Source: Eledone cirrhosa
Lineage: Eukaryota
Reading direction: 5' to 3'
NCBI GenBank assembly: GCA_964016885.1
Contig: OZ024740.1
Coordinates: forward strand, 369,892,001-369,956,000
DNA: 64,000 nt
The position numbers and the translations under genes were made by a program. The notes under the pieces were generated by a model that was given only the letters and a program-made list of their open reading frames with translations, did no database searches and was not told the DNA's origin. How positions within the stretch are numbered: position 1 is the first letter of the stretch; each line of letters starts with the position of its first letter. This document shows, in pieces, positions 1 through 12,806 of the stretch.

Positions 1-905
1 GATGAAATGAACTGCAGTCTCTTGTTATGGTTCTCAATATAAATGTTTCAAATCCCGCCAAGGACAACCTTTCCTTCATTCTTCCTGGCTCCATTAAATA
101 ATGTATCGTTCAACTTCTGTGGGTGATTTCATCAACCCTCCCTTCTCCCAAATTATTGGCCGTGTTCCTAAATTAAAAACCAATATTATCTATGTATGGA
201 GGGATGGTACTGTTCTTAAGACTGGAGAGTAGCAATTATGCCGTCTCTTCATAAAAGAAAGAGTATCAGAATAAAGTTCAACTATTATCGTTCATTCTTC
301 TATGATTTTTTTGGCAGAGTTCTAGCAAGTACACTTATCTCTTGCCTGTTATAAATGCATTTCCTAAATCTTAATGTGATTTCCATTTTGGTCGATACCG
401 ATCGTTTTCACAACAATATAGATGCATAATAAGTGCAATGAGCCTAACGTAAGTCTTATCTAAGTCTTCATTGATGTAATAGCCTTCCACGAGTCAACAA
501 TACACTTTATAATGGATTTCTGGGAAAGTATTCGACAAACTTGATTGTCCAAATGAATTTATTCAAAGATTGCTATTGTAATATATTGTCAGGGATCTAC
601 TAACCATAATAAGATACATGGACGTGCCGAAGGTATACTTTTAAGAACTTTAGTGGTTATTACTTTTATTCTTATGTATGCTTCTTTTCCCCTCATGCTT
701 TCCTTAACTTTACTTTCTTTTGTATCTCCCTTACCCCTGTATTTCTTTCATTCTCTCTACACCCAGCTACTCTTTTTCCGTAGATATTTAAATATTTCTA
801 AGGTTTCCAAAAGTATCTGATTTCTTCAAACTCATGCCTTGATTCTCATCCCTGGCCTCAGCAGGATATCACGATTTTAACAACTGCTGGAATGCATTGG
901 GCTTA
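1..905 (-). pseudogene. Heavily decayed R4/Dong-like non-LTR RT fragment
   Basis: Minus-strand translation gives broken motifs in the same order as the Dong RTs at 37900-38520 (E..FWK, P..LL.RG, NYRPIAL-like, Y.S.PH.WI-like). No intact ORF. Confidence 0.35.
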
Positions 906-1318
906 TCGGGACATTGTGTATTTATATATTTACTCTTGGAGAAACAGATATGAACTTTCCCGATATAATGTATGACTCTCTTTGTTTATTTTCTATATGA
1001 ATATTGATTGTTAGTTCTTTTATCTCATTCTGTTATTTTGCCCGATAAAATATCTATATGTGTCATTTAGCGGTGCGCACATATGAATATTTTTTCATAT
1101 CCAATTGGGTTCTTAGCACGTGGCTTGAATTCTTGTCAGAGTTCAACGACCTGCGCATGTATTGTTTTTAGCGGTAGGCTCCTTCCTCGCATTTTCGGGA
1201 CAGTGTGAGATCTTCTTTAGAACTGCTGGACTAACAACCTAGCAGCTCCCTCAAACAATGATGGTGATTATCGCTAAATATTGATGATGATTTGGTTATC
1301 AATATTAATATTATTGGC

Positions 1319-1447
1319 TTACCCACTGAAGATTTATAAAAGCCCACTTGAATAATTATCTGTTGATCTTATACAAGCTTCAACCTAACTTGGTATATTT
1401 TCACCAAATTTTTTGAAATCTTATAATGAAACGAGTCGTCTGGGAAA
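1319..1447 (+). ncRNA. Type I hammerhead ribozyme with ~95-nt stem II region
   Basis: Stem I TTACCCA/TGGGAAA; core CTGAAGA (1326-1332); stem II base TTATAA/TTATAA; GAAA (1428); stem III ACGA-g-TCGT; GUC cleavage triplet ending at 1440. Confidence 0.8.
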
Positions 1448-2020
1448 TAATCGATTTGATATATCTCATCTGAAATAATACAGCCAATTATCCACACAAT
1501 TCAATACAGTTAGCACCCAAACGTTTAATTGGGAATATACTCACGTATTTCCTAATGTTTGTTGAGTGAGTTGTAATTTTCCCGGAGTATCGCTATTAGC
1601 TTTCTCCGATTATGTATTTATATAATTACTCTTGGAGCAACAGATATGAACTTTCCCCATATAAGGTATGACTCTCTTTGTTTATTTTTTATATGAATAT
1701 TGATTGTTTTTTCTGGTTTCACATTCTGTTATTTTGCCCGATGAAATATCTATATGTGTCATTTAGCGGTGCGCACATATGAATATTTTTTCATATCCAA
1801 TTGAGTTCTTAGCACGTGACTTGAATTCTTGTCAGAGTTCAACGACCTGCGCATGTATTGTTTTTGGCGGTAGCCTCCTTCCTCCCATTTTCGGGACAGT
1901 GTGAGATTTTCTTTAGAACTGCTGGACTAACAGCCTACCAGCTCCCTCAAACACTGATGGTGATTATCTCAAACACTGATGGTGATTATCGATTTGGTTA
2001 TCAATATTAATATTATTGTG

Positions 2021-2149
2021 TTACCCACTGAAGATTGATAGGAACCCACTTGAATAAGTATCTGTTGATCTTATACAAGCTTCTACATAACTTGGTATAT
2101 TTTCACCCAACTTGTAGAAATCTTATAATGAAACGAGTCGTCTGGGAAA
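2021..2149 (+). ncRNA. Type I hammerhead ribozyme (second unit copy)
   Basis: TTACCCA CTGAAGA ... TTATAAT GAAACGAGTCGTC TGGGAAA. Predicted cleavage after 2142, 702 nt downstream of the first site. Confidence 0.78.
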
Positions 2150-2362
2150 TGATATATTTGATATATCTCATATTAAATAATACAGCCAATTATCCACACA
2201 ATACATATAGTTAGCACCCCAAACGTTTAATTGGAAATATACTCAGGTATTTCCTAATGTTTGTTGAGTGAGTTGGAATTTGGCCGGAGCATCGCTATTA
2301 GCCTTCTCCGATTATGTATTTATATATTTACTCTTGGAGCAACAGATATGAACTTTCCGTCA

Positions 2363-2881
2363 TAGAAGATTTTCAATTATATTTTCAAAAATTTCACTTA
2401 TATTTTCCGTATCCGAGAGACATGTAGTCACAGCTAATACCCCTCTTTCACCTTTGCTGGTGGGCGTGGCACCGTGAAAAGTCGAAACGTCATCCATTAA
2501 TGTTGGCAATTTCGCCGAGGTAATTTTTTTCACATTTTTTCATTAGGGTTAGGCTCCATTTTTTCAATATTTCTAATAATGATTATTCCTTCAGTAAGGA
2601 GGCTTGTTGCCTCAGCTACCCGCTCTTCTTCGGTTTGTTTAGTGGGTGTGTCATCGTTACCTGTGGTAATGGCTTCCATTACCACTAGCGTAGAGACAAT
2701 CACAAGATTTTTTTAGGGCGAAAAATTTCACCCCAAAAGGGATGAAATAAATTAACCCTAAAGACCCAGGCAAGTGGGTTGATTAACACAATAACGCAAG
2801 AATACAGACAAACACTTAATGTTAACACGTAATATATCCAATAATCGAGGAGCTAATGTGAAGAACGTCTATACCATCCGC
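2363..2881 (-). mobile_element. 5' end (5'UTR and start of ORF1) of a further Tx1-like LINE
   Basis: Resembles the 5' end at 8370-8581: shared hairpin TTTCACCCC-AAAA-GGGATGAAA, an ACCCAGGCAAG.GGGTT motif and an ACGTC...TCCG terminus abutting (GATA)n. Confidence 0.6.
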
Positions 2882-3127
2882 AGATAGATAGATAGATAAC
2901 TTTCTATTTAGGGTATCAAAGATTGGGACAAATACAAGAGGGGGAGTTTACATATATTTCAAGGGACGTGTAAAAACATAACAAATCAAATTCAACAATC
3001 GAAATCCTCAATAGGGAGCCGGCGTTGACGTGGGTCGCACGACCCCCGAAAAAAATGTGCAACCCTCCTCCTCAGGAGCACAAAGAGCGGGTGCTCCATT
3101 CCTCTACTCTTTCCTCCTCTCTCTCAC

Positions 3128-6100
3128 TTAGGGGCTGATATAGAGAGAAGGCCCATTCACTCGGGCCATTCTTGCCACTTTCACCCACCTTTCATAAAAC
3201 TTGCTGGGGTAGAGCACCCCTCTCTCCATTCTGATCCTTCTTCCAAAATGGTATTTGAAAAAAGGGACCAGTTGTTGGCCGGAGAGAAAGGTGTCCGCCC
3301 TCAGCCCATTCAGCCTCGTCCACCATACAACCTCTTTAGCCATGGCTATCACAGAGAGGAAAACCGCCTCTCCTTCCTTATTGAAGGGATGAGGCGGCTT
3401 GATCGTGACAATGTGGTCAATCGGATTGGTCCCACCCGCGACATAGCCCCACAGGTCAGCAACGCCCGGGCAGTCTACGAATGTGTGCGCGACTGTTTCC
3501 TCGTCACGCACGCATCTCGGACAGATCTTCTTCGAGGGCTCCCTACCCGGGCGCCCATGTCTGTAGAGCTTGTCCCGAACGGGTAGAGCTCCTCGGTAGC
3601 ACTGCCAAGCCAGGGACTTTTAGAAGTTGTCCATCCGTCCCGGGCCAAACGTCCTACCGAACAGACTGGCTAGCTCGTCTTCCTCCATGCCCAGAGCCTC
3701 TCTGAGAGCGTCGTCGCACTTGCTGCGCACCAACCCTCTATAGAATGTTGAGGTTGAGTCTCCACTGATTGCCGGATCCGCTTGCCGGAGGGCCGTGAGC
3801 GCCTGGGCACATTCAATGTGCCAGTCGCCCACTTATCTCAGTCTTTGCTTGACCCATGATTACAGCTCGGTGAGTGAGACGAGTCTCGAAAAGACTCGCC
3901 TCACAAAAGGAGCCCACACCGGCTGACCGGTGAGGAATACCTGGAGGTGCCGTAGCCCTAATGCGTGTCTACCATGCTACCACAGCCCTCCATTCGAAGG
4001 GTGTTGACAACAGAAGGATCTTCTCAACAAAGGGGCCCGCTTCTTCCAAAGGAATCGGAAGAGCGCACGCTCCATTTTGGCGAGCGTTTTCCCTGGGCAA
4101 GGCACGACGGTCAAGCGGTAGTAGATGACGGACGCTATATAAGTGTTCGCCACCTCTGCTCGACCTTTCAAGGATAGTTTGCACTCGGCCCACTTCTGGG
4201 CGAATGCAAACACCCTGCCCGTTACTTCGTCCCAGTTTTTCTTCACCTGGAGGTCTGATCCGAACCAGACCCCGAGCAGCTTCACCGGTGCCTCCATCCA
4301 GCTTCCGACGACGCCGTCGGAGGGCATAGGTTTGCCTCTCCACGTTTCGAGTTGCAAACCGACGGACTTATCCCGGTTCAGCTTGGCTCCTGTAAACCTT
4401 TCGTATTCCTCCAGTAAGGTGCCGATCTGCCCGATTTCCGAGGCCCACGACGCCATTACTGTTACGTTATCGGCGTAGGCCGACACCGCTTTCCGCAATC
4501 CCGGTTCCAACGGGATTCCCTGCAACAGCTCCAACTTCCGCAGTAGTGACTCGAGAGCTAGCACATACAGAAGGGGGGAGAGAGGGCAGCCCTGTCGGAT
4601 GGATTGCGCGATTTGGAACGGCTCCGAGAGGTAGCTGTTCACATTGACCCTCGAGCAGGTGTTGCTGCTGTGCATGGCAGCAATCCAGCCCCTAAAAACG
4701 GGTCCGAAGCCTGCAGCCTCGAGCACCGCATCCAGGTACCGATGGTCGACTCTATCAAACGCCTTAGATTGATCCAAGTTGATCAGGGTCCTACCAAAGC
4801 CGGGTTCATTCCCTACCCACTCTACGATGTATCGCATGAGGTGGAGGTTGTCGTGTATGGACCTGGACGGGATTTTTCTGCGCTTCTCCCACCAGGTTCC
4901 CGACGACAAGCGCCAACCTCTTCGCTAACACCTTGGCCAAAATCTTTAACTCTTTTTTAGTAGAGTTATCGGCCTGAAGTTATCTATGTCATCCCCCTCT
5001 TCTCGTGCTTTCTCACCAGCGTGACTACGCCCTTGGTCACTGAACTGGGATTTCTCCCGTTCTGTTTCCAGTTGCAGTAGATCGCCTCGAGTAGATCGGA
5101 GAACAAGTCCGGCATCGCTACATAAAGTTCGTATGGTAGACCATCGAGACCGGGAGATTTGCGTTTGCCGCATAGGCTCAGCGCTTCCCTATTTCAGCGG
5201 CTGAAATCGGCCGTTCGCAGGACTTCGCCTCGCCGTCTGAGAGACGCGGCACACCGTCGAGGTATGGACCGAAATCCATGACCTCACCCGACCCGCCACC
5301 CCTACAGAACAGTAGTGCAAAGCGCAATTGAAAGGTCGTGCACACCCGCTCAGTTTCAAGGATCACGAGTTCATCCTGGTCCTTCAAAGACCGAATCGTA
5401 GACTTGTTTCCACTTTTTGCCTCTGTCACTCGGGCCCAGCTAACAGCTTTGGCTCCCTCGTTACACAGACCACGTATTTTACTCCTGACAACACAGCCCT
5501 CATACTTCGCCTCAAAGAACTGGTTTAGGGCCGTGCTTGACGCCAGCTCGCCGGCCACGTTGCCCCTCCTAATCGCCTCTTCTACTCTATCTATCTATTC
5601 CTATCTGATACTAATTCCTGACTAAAACCGATCGGTTCTATTCTAATTTCTCTCTTGACAGAGCCCCACCACCTGCTGTTCACAATTTCCCCCGTCAACC
5701 GCTGCATAACTAGAGTGCTAATCCGCTTACTGTAAGCTTTGTTGGTCGGTAAGGACAAGTTTAGCTTCCAGTAACCGGGTCCTTGTCTATGGATTCTATC
5801 AAGGTTGACCATTCCGGTCACCAACTTATGATCCGAATAGTCAACCATGAACATTCGTGGACAGCTTAATATGTCCCTATCCTTATTTCTAACTATGAAC
5901 CTATCTAGGTACGACCTAGATGTTCCGCTGAGATTAGTCCACGTCCACAGTGGCACAGTCGGAAAATCTAGTCGATATCTATCGGCCAGATCAAATCGGC
6001 CGATTAACCGTTTGAGGCTGTTATACCCCCCTCTATCGGGACATGCCCCTACATAGTTCCAATGTGCATCCATGATACCATTCCAGTCCCCCGCTAAAAG

Positions 6101-6508
6101 CAAGGAGTGAGACGTTCCCAGAAAAGTGTCTAATCGTTGGAAGGAGTCCGGTCGCGGTGTCCCAGATGGGGAATACGCTGCCACCAGCCTGAAGGCTCCA
6201 CCTTCACTACTGCCTACGTCTAGAACCACCAGTCGACTCTCCAGGTCCAGGTGTACCTTCCGTGTTGCGAGGCCCATGTATTTTCGTAGCAGAACAACCA
6301 TCCTGCCCCCACCCCCCGGCTGATAGAGCGATGCATAAATCTCAAAGTCGTCGAAGATGGGGGCTAGTTGGTGCTCGCTGCTGATCCTGCACTCGCAAAT
6401 AGCTATCACATCCATTCTATGCGACCTGAGGTCATTTAAGAGTTTGCCCTACTTCCAGGACATCCCCAGGCCGCGCACATTTAAACATCCAACTCTTATA
6501 ACAGCCAT
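3128..6508 (-). pseudogene. Tx1 ORF2 (APE endonuclease + reverse transcriptase), disrupted
   Basis: ORF pieces 5591-6415, 5178-5558, 3977-4909, 3620-3832 and 3128-3511 are collinear with the 59417-62854 ORF2. Confidence 0.9.
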
Positions 6509-6549
6509 GTTGGTTGTGAAGACTTTAGAGTGGAGAAAAAGAAAAAGAT

Positions 6550-8378
6550 ACCTACCTGTCCTTCTCCTGGGGACCAGGCTGCACAATTTCCATGGGGATG
6601 TCGGCGGGGTTGTTTGGTGGGGTGCTGGTTCGGGATGTGGTGGGGACACCAGCGTGTGGTGGGGGTGATTCGTGGGGGAGGGGTGTCTGGGGTGGTGGTG
6701 GTGACACATTTCAAGAGGACGCGGTTGCTAGGTCTAGTACAGGGGTTCCCCACGTCCTCGGGAAAGTTATATCTGAGCATTGCGTAGGTGTCCCTTGGGA
6801 CCCTAATCATTTTTAAATGCGGTTTAGTCGCCGCGTTGGTGAACATTTTCCCTTCGGTTTCCACCAACGGGTCTTTGTCTATTGTTTGCGCAAGTGTTTT
6901 GTTGTTTGTGTTGATGTATGTATACTGTTTTTGTTGTGTTGTGTTTGTTTTTGCGTGTTGTTCTTGTGTGTGTTTGCGTTTTGTAGTATGTGTTATGTTT
7001 TCGGGAGGGTGGGTTTTTTCGTTTGTGATGTTTGTTCTGTTTGTGCTGGTGGTTGTGTGTTTGTTGCATTTTTGTTAATGTGGTGTCTTCTTTTCTTTCT
7101 TGTTACAGGTTTAAAGGGTTCTCCCTCATCGTCACTGGGTGACGTTGATAAGGGGTCCTCGTCCCTGTTGTTGGGGAGCGGTATATTTTGGGGTTTTGTT
7201 GTGGTCGCCTTTATATTTGTTTTAGGTGGGGAGGGGTTGGGTTGGACAGTGTCTGGTGTTGTTATTTGTTCGTGTTGTTGTTGTTGTGGTGGTGGTGGTT
7301 GTAGTGTTGTGTGTGGGGAGGGCAGAAGAGGCTTTGTGGGGGGATTTAAAAGGGGACAGGAAGCCCGCTGGTGACCACTTCTTGAACAGTGGTAACATGA
7401 AGGCCGCTTGCCGTCAACAGAAATGTTTATGAAGGCGACTCCATCCAGGGACACACGCTGCGATATTCTTGCTATCCGTTCTGGCCTCATTTGGACCAGA
7501 ACTTCAAGGCTATTTACGCCGAATACGCCCCCGGTGGATTCGCCTATCGAAAGGATTGTGTCCTCATCTTCTAAGAATCCCGTTAACACCCACCAAATGC
7601 TCGCATTTGGCCTGATGCCCGAGATTTTTATCTTTTGAGTTCTTTTCCCCAAATATGTGGGGAAAAAGGTGTATGCTTTGGATGCAATTGGCGACACAGA
7701 ATACTTCCGTGCCGCCAATTCATCTTGCATTAATACAGATATGCTTCCATACAGTTTCCCCTTCTGTATGAAAGCGATATCCTTCCAGGCACTACTTAGG
7801 ACCAGCTCATTTTCGCTTTGGGACAATTGAGTCGGTTTACTAGTCGTATTTGAAACTGTCCTAAAGATTACAGTCTTGAGGACTGTGTCCCTTCTAATTT
7901 CTTCGGGAGAGGTAATTGTGAATTCCCCACCTTCCCCGAAATTTACACAATTCCTTGCTTGTTTCAGCAATTTCTTGGCATTCGAGATGTCTAGTGCCTT
8001 GTATATCTGCGTTTCTCGGACTGCCTGTGCGAAGGAGACTGCAGCTGTTGGTGCGTTTTCTTTCGTGTTGTTATCATTGTTGTTGTTATTCGTGTTGGCT
8101 TGCTTTTTTCCTTTGTTGGTGTGTCATTATTGCTGGTGTTGGTTGTGTTGTTATTGTTATTGCTGTTGTTGCTGGTTGTGTTATTATTGTCATTGTTGTT
8201 CTTGTTTGTGTAATTGTTACTTTTGGGGTTTTCACCCATTTCCACAATTTTTTTTTAAATTCCGTGGTGTCTTTTGAGGGAGTGAGAAGGGAAGGCTTAC
8301 AGCGTTGTGCTGCTATCTTCTCTCGATCACTTTCCTTGGGGGGGGGGGCGTGGCATGCGTCGTATTAATGGCGTCCAT
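6550..8378 (-). pseudogene. Tx1 ORF1 (gag-like, zinc knuckle), frameshifted
   Basis: ORF 6993-7970 with CX2CX4HX4C and low-complexity P/T/Q/N tracts; homologous to the ORF1 at 62879-63955. Confidence 0.85.
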
Positions 8379-8582
8379 TGTTACTAAACGACTTTTTATC
8401 GACAACTTATAACTATTAGGTTTCGCCCCAAAAAGGGGCGAAGTTTATTTTACCCAACGTCTGCAGGCCCAGGCGAGGGGTTAAACACAACAGATAACAA
8501 ATTACTTAAACAGACCTACCACTTCTCGTAATAAATTCCGAAAAAATGCAGGAACGAAACAAAAGCACGTCCACCTTCTCCG

Positions 8583-8677
<95 letters not shown>
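8583..8677. repeat. (GATA)n microsatellite
   Basis: Perfect GATA run at the 5' junction of the Tx1 element. Confidence 0.97.
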
Positions 8678-10434
8678 CATTTAGAAACGTCGAGCGAATA
8701 TGATTAATATGAACAGATGTTAGCTCAAACTTAGCAGATTTAACGCAGGCTTTGACTTCGAAATTAAGACTAACATGTTGACCGCATATGCCCCTGTAAT
8801 CAGAAAAGTAAGTGTACAGCGTTGCTTGTGGGACTCAAACACGCAACTGACACTATGCCTGTCGACTATGCTTTAAATAACGGCGGAATGTTTTCAGTTG
8901 GCTGTGGCGTATCTGGTACAACATTTACACCAAATAATATCAGAAGGTTTTCAAAAGAATTTGGCACATAATCTACATCAGAATATACCTTTTTTTCGTA
9001 CTAATGTGCATATGGGCAGCTTTGTTTGTAAGGACTAAAAAAATGTAGGAATATAGCGCCTTTATAAGACATTTTGTTAAACATAATTATAAACAACGCT
9101 GATCCTCAAGGGACATGTGTGAACAGCTATAATTGGTTTATATATGTATATAAAGTATATAGATATGCACGTATGTAAGCATCTATGTATGCATGTATGT
9201 ATGTATATATTTATGCATATATATGCATGATGTATGTATATGTATGTATGTGTGTATGTCTGTATGTCTGTATGTATGCGTGCAAGTAAGGCATTTAAGA
9301 AATATGCGGGTTGGTACGGACACTATATTATCCCATTCTAATGTTTATTAAACATAATTACGATTAACCAGACAGCTGTAATATTTAACATTTTGTAATA
9401 AATATACAATCTTAACTCCGATGCGAGCAGTAGAAAACATGGTTTCACCACATATTTTAACGATCTACATGTTGAGCATCGATTAGATCGGTGCAGTTTC
9501 TACTCTACAGAGATCTTTATCAGAGAATGAATACCAATCTTCTGTCAATGCAGAGATTCGTAACGTATTGCTATATATATTTTCTATACACTAAGATACA
9601 ACTGCACTTGTCTGTCTAATTTATATATTACGTACTGTTAAATAAATCATACTGACCAAATTCTATGTTAATTAAATAAAATGTAACTTATATTCCAAAT
9701 TATCCTAAATAGCTGTATTCTGCATTATAAATGTAATTACTTTTGATTGATCTATTCTCCAAATTACATTTGCCAATATTTAGAAGACATTCTCTCAACT
9801 TGCTATGAATTTAAACATTTTACATAACATTGTACAATACCGATACATTGTAGCAACCGACATACATAAATGGATCGCGATTTATTTTAGAGCCTTGCTC
9901 ACTTTCGTCTCTTCAAATTGACCTTCGTGGAAACAAATCATGTCCATTGGATTAGATACATTTGTCTCCATCGTTAATCTTGAAGCCGGAAGTTTATAAT
10001 CCCTACTATGACATTGAACGTAATTTTTGGATGCTACACATAGGGATCGCTATAGACTCTATATAGACTCTACTATGTTTTCATGACAGTACCGATTAAG
10101 TGAATCTCAATGATTAGAGTCTGATTAATATTGAAACAGCACCCTCTGGCGCTCTGTGGCGTGTTAACTGAACACAAGTGAGAAAGATTTTTTTTTTCGT
10201 CACGAATAAATGTTTTCTTTGATAACAAATCTCCCTTGTGTTTATTGTATAAAGACTTAGAGTGTATGCTTCCTTATACACATCACTTTTGGGCTAAATT
10301 TTGCCGCAGTGCTAGTGTAAACTACTTATAACCAGCCTATGTCACACTATACGCAAGTGAGAATTTCCAGCAAATGTTTGTTAAACAAAATCTCTATAGT
10401 CGTTTTTCCATTTCTAAGTCAGTACCAGTTGAGT

Positions 10435-10486
10435 GAATGCCACTGATGAGTGGATAACTAAACTTGAAACAGCGCTTTCTGGCATT
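10435..10486 (+). ncRNA. Degenerate type I hammerhead
   Basis: Stem I AATGCCA/TGGCATT is perfect; CTGATGA; GAAAC; near-palindromic stem III ACAGCGCTTT; stem II is weak. A more decayed copy lies 333 nt upstream (GAAAC at 10133). Confidence 0.55.
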
Positions 10487-10589
10487 TTCAAATGCTACTG
10501 GCTCTCTCGTGTGTTCACCGATAAAAAGTGGAAAGCACATTCAGAAAAGATTCGATAAGAATCTTATATATGTAAATATATATATATAT

Positions 10590-10664
<75 letters not shown>

Positions 10665-10666
<2 letters not shown>

Positions 10667-10890
10667 CAGGTAAAAGTTTAAGCAAAGAATCAGTGTTTTC
10701 ACCCTTAGCGGGATCTTTTTTTTTTTTAGTTTCAGAAGATCCTGTTAAGTGTAAAAGCACCGATTCTTTGCTTAAACTTTAATCTGTTGTTTTAATAAAT
10801 ATTTGCCCTATGGTTTTATAGATTTTTATATATATATTATCCTTGTGGAGCCCTCTTTGGATTTTAGTATTCACATTTATTATTGTTACT
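10665..10890 (+). mobile_element. Fold-back PLE pLTR-like module of the CAGAAGA family, between (TA)n tracts
   Basis: Inverted arms at about 10665-10717 and 10736-10788, then AATAAA. Homologous to 16203-16330, 48240-48314 and 49855-50020. Confidence 0.65.
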
Positions 10891-10891
10891 A

Positions 10892-10982
<91 letters not shown>

Positions 10983-10985
<3 letters not shown>

Positions 10986-11100
10986 AGAAGAGTGATAACC
11001 CCGATGGCTGAGCTCCGACTGTTTCGACAGTTAGATACGAGTTCGGATGTAGCTGTCGAAACAGCCGGAGCTCAACCGACGGGGTCCTCACTCTTCTCCT
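10983..11100. repeat. ~118-bp imperfect palindrome (fold-back) between (TA)n tracts
   Basis: AGGAGAAGAGTGA...CTGTTTCGACAG pairs with CTGTCGAAACAG...TCACTCTTCTCCT. Carries only the GAAACAG half of an HHR. Confidence 0.85.
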
Positions 11101-11181
11101 TTTACCTACTCCACTACCCTAAGTATCAAGTACTCTGGTGCGTTATGGTCTACCTGGTATCTTGCCACACTTTCTTTGTTA

Positions 11182-11212
<31 letters not shown>

Positions 11213-11478
11213 GTGTGTGTGTGTGTGTCTGTATGCGCGCGCGTGTTTGTATGTATATATAAACCCGCAGAGCAGATATTTATTATTATTAAAAGTTTAA
11301 GCAATGAAATTCTGCTTCCACACTAAGCATTACTAGGCATTGCAGAGTTTCCACACAATTTCATAGCTTACAATTTCAATATGAGCTATATATATATATA
11401 TATACGATCCAGCGAACTTCAACCATTATGTTTGTCTTTGTTCCGGGTATGTCAATATTTATTTATGAAACAAATCTG

Positions 11479-11544
11479 TATTTTATCTGATGAAAGCGCA
11501 CCATAATTTACTTTGGTTGCCCTTGAAATATATATAATAAAATA
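11479..11544 (+). ncRNA. Type I hammerhead (AUA-triplet family)
   Basis: TATTTTAT CTGATGA AAGCGCACCA...TGGTTGCCCTT GAAA TATATATA ATAAAATA. Homologues at 48736 and 49023(-). Confidence 0.72.
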
Positions 11545-11756
11545 ACTATGGTTTTATAAATTTAGTTTCCATTTATTAATATATTGAATATTTACTCCAC
11601 TAAACAGTTGAGTGCTTTATATAAGTTATACAATGTTTAAGCTTGTTGAATCAAACAAATTAAATATAACCTCTGAGTTATTAAATATAACCTAGCCGTA
11701 TTAAAAGTGGGAAATGAAATTTTGTTTCATTTTTTCCGTTTATATATATATATGTG

Positions 11757-11797
<41 letters not shown>

Positions 11798-12074
11798 TCA
11801 TAGATCATGTCTTTAGAATCACTAGATATAATATATACCATTTCCTCTCCTAATTAGCATAATTAACCATGTAAAAAATCAATTAGACCAAGCTATAAGA
11901 ATAAAGGCTCCTATGAAGAAATCTTCGACAAATAACCGAAAGCAGCCTCTTCGCGGTGGCCACGATAGAGTATTTATCCAACATTTCGACAGCATGTAGA
12001 AATCGACCAGATATACCGTCAACTAAACACAATTAGGTGTAAATTCAAACTTAGAAGAAATGCGTACATACCTT

Positions 12075-12160
12075 AATTACCTCTACCATGGTTTCGTCCG
12101 TATTTTAAGACGTCTGATAATAGAGAATGTCCAGGGCTTCGGACTCATCAGGAGCTAACT
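12075..12160 (-). ncRNA. Canonical-core type I hammerhead ribozyme
   Basis: Minus strand: AGTTAGCTC CTGATGA GTCCG-(39 nt)-CGGAC GAAA CCATGGTA GAGGTAATT. Palindromic stem III ACCATGGT; GUA triplet; cleavage between 12084 and 12083. Confidence 0.88.
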
Positions 12161-12730
12161 CAAAATTAGACATTTAATTTTTCAAAGTGATCGCGCCAAA
12201 AATAGTTTTTAAAATGGCTAAGAATCCTGACGTGGCAGCGGTCAAGTGAGAAAGGATGTGATTAGTTGCTTACAGCGGGTAGGCTTATTGCTAGACAGCG
12301 CAGCCTAATATCGCCAAATTGTATCTCAACCTAACGGGAGATTATTAAATATAAAGGTTTACATATATATAAAGTCACAGATATATATGTTTTGCAATTG
12401 GTCACGTTTTAGCTCAATGAAGAATTAATAAATTAAATACTCAGAGCAATATATACTAAATCATGTCTTTAGAATCACTACATATAATATATACCATTTC
12501 CTCTCCCAATTAGCATAATTAACCATATAAAAAATCAATTAGACCAAGCTATAAGAATAAAGGCTCCTATGAAGAATTCTTCGACAAATAACCGAAAGCA
12601 GCCTCTTCGCGGTGGTAACGATAGAGTATGTATCCACCATTTCGACAGCATGTAGAAATCGACTAGATATACCGTCAACTAAACACAATTAGGTGTAAAT
12701 TCAAACTTAGAAGAAATGCGTACATACCTT

Positions 12731-12806
12731 AATTACCTCTACCATGGTTTCTTCCGTATTTTAAGACATCCGATAATAGGGAATGTCCAGAGCTTCGGAC
12801 TCATCA

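Larger units (their letters stand above)
917..2362 (+). mobile_element. Tandem array (about 2.1 copies) of a ~700-bp non-coding unit with one hammerhead per unit; retrozyme-like
   Basis: The unit start TGTATTTATATA.TTACTCTTGGAG.AACAGATATGAACTTTCC recurs at 917, 1613 and 2315. No ORF >=60 aa. HHR cores at 1326 and 2028. Confidence 0.8.
2899..8581 (-). mobile_element. Full-length decayed Tx1-clade (L1 group) non-LTR retrotransposon in (GATA)n
   Basis: ORF1 with CCHC knuckle (CYHCSRSGHQRASC). ORF2 fragments with APE (GDWN, YLDR, SDH), RT (LDQSKAFDRVDH, RQGCPLSPLLY, YADN) and a C-terminal Zn motif. (GATA)n on both flanks. Confidence 0.92.

Noticed and set aside
3248-8368. Plus-strand ORFs overlapping the Tx1 element (similar ones at 30391-35159 and 59498-63515)
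   Set aside because: Antisense shadows of GC-rich LINE coding sequence with no motifs.
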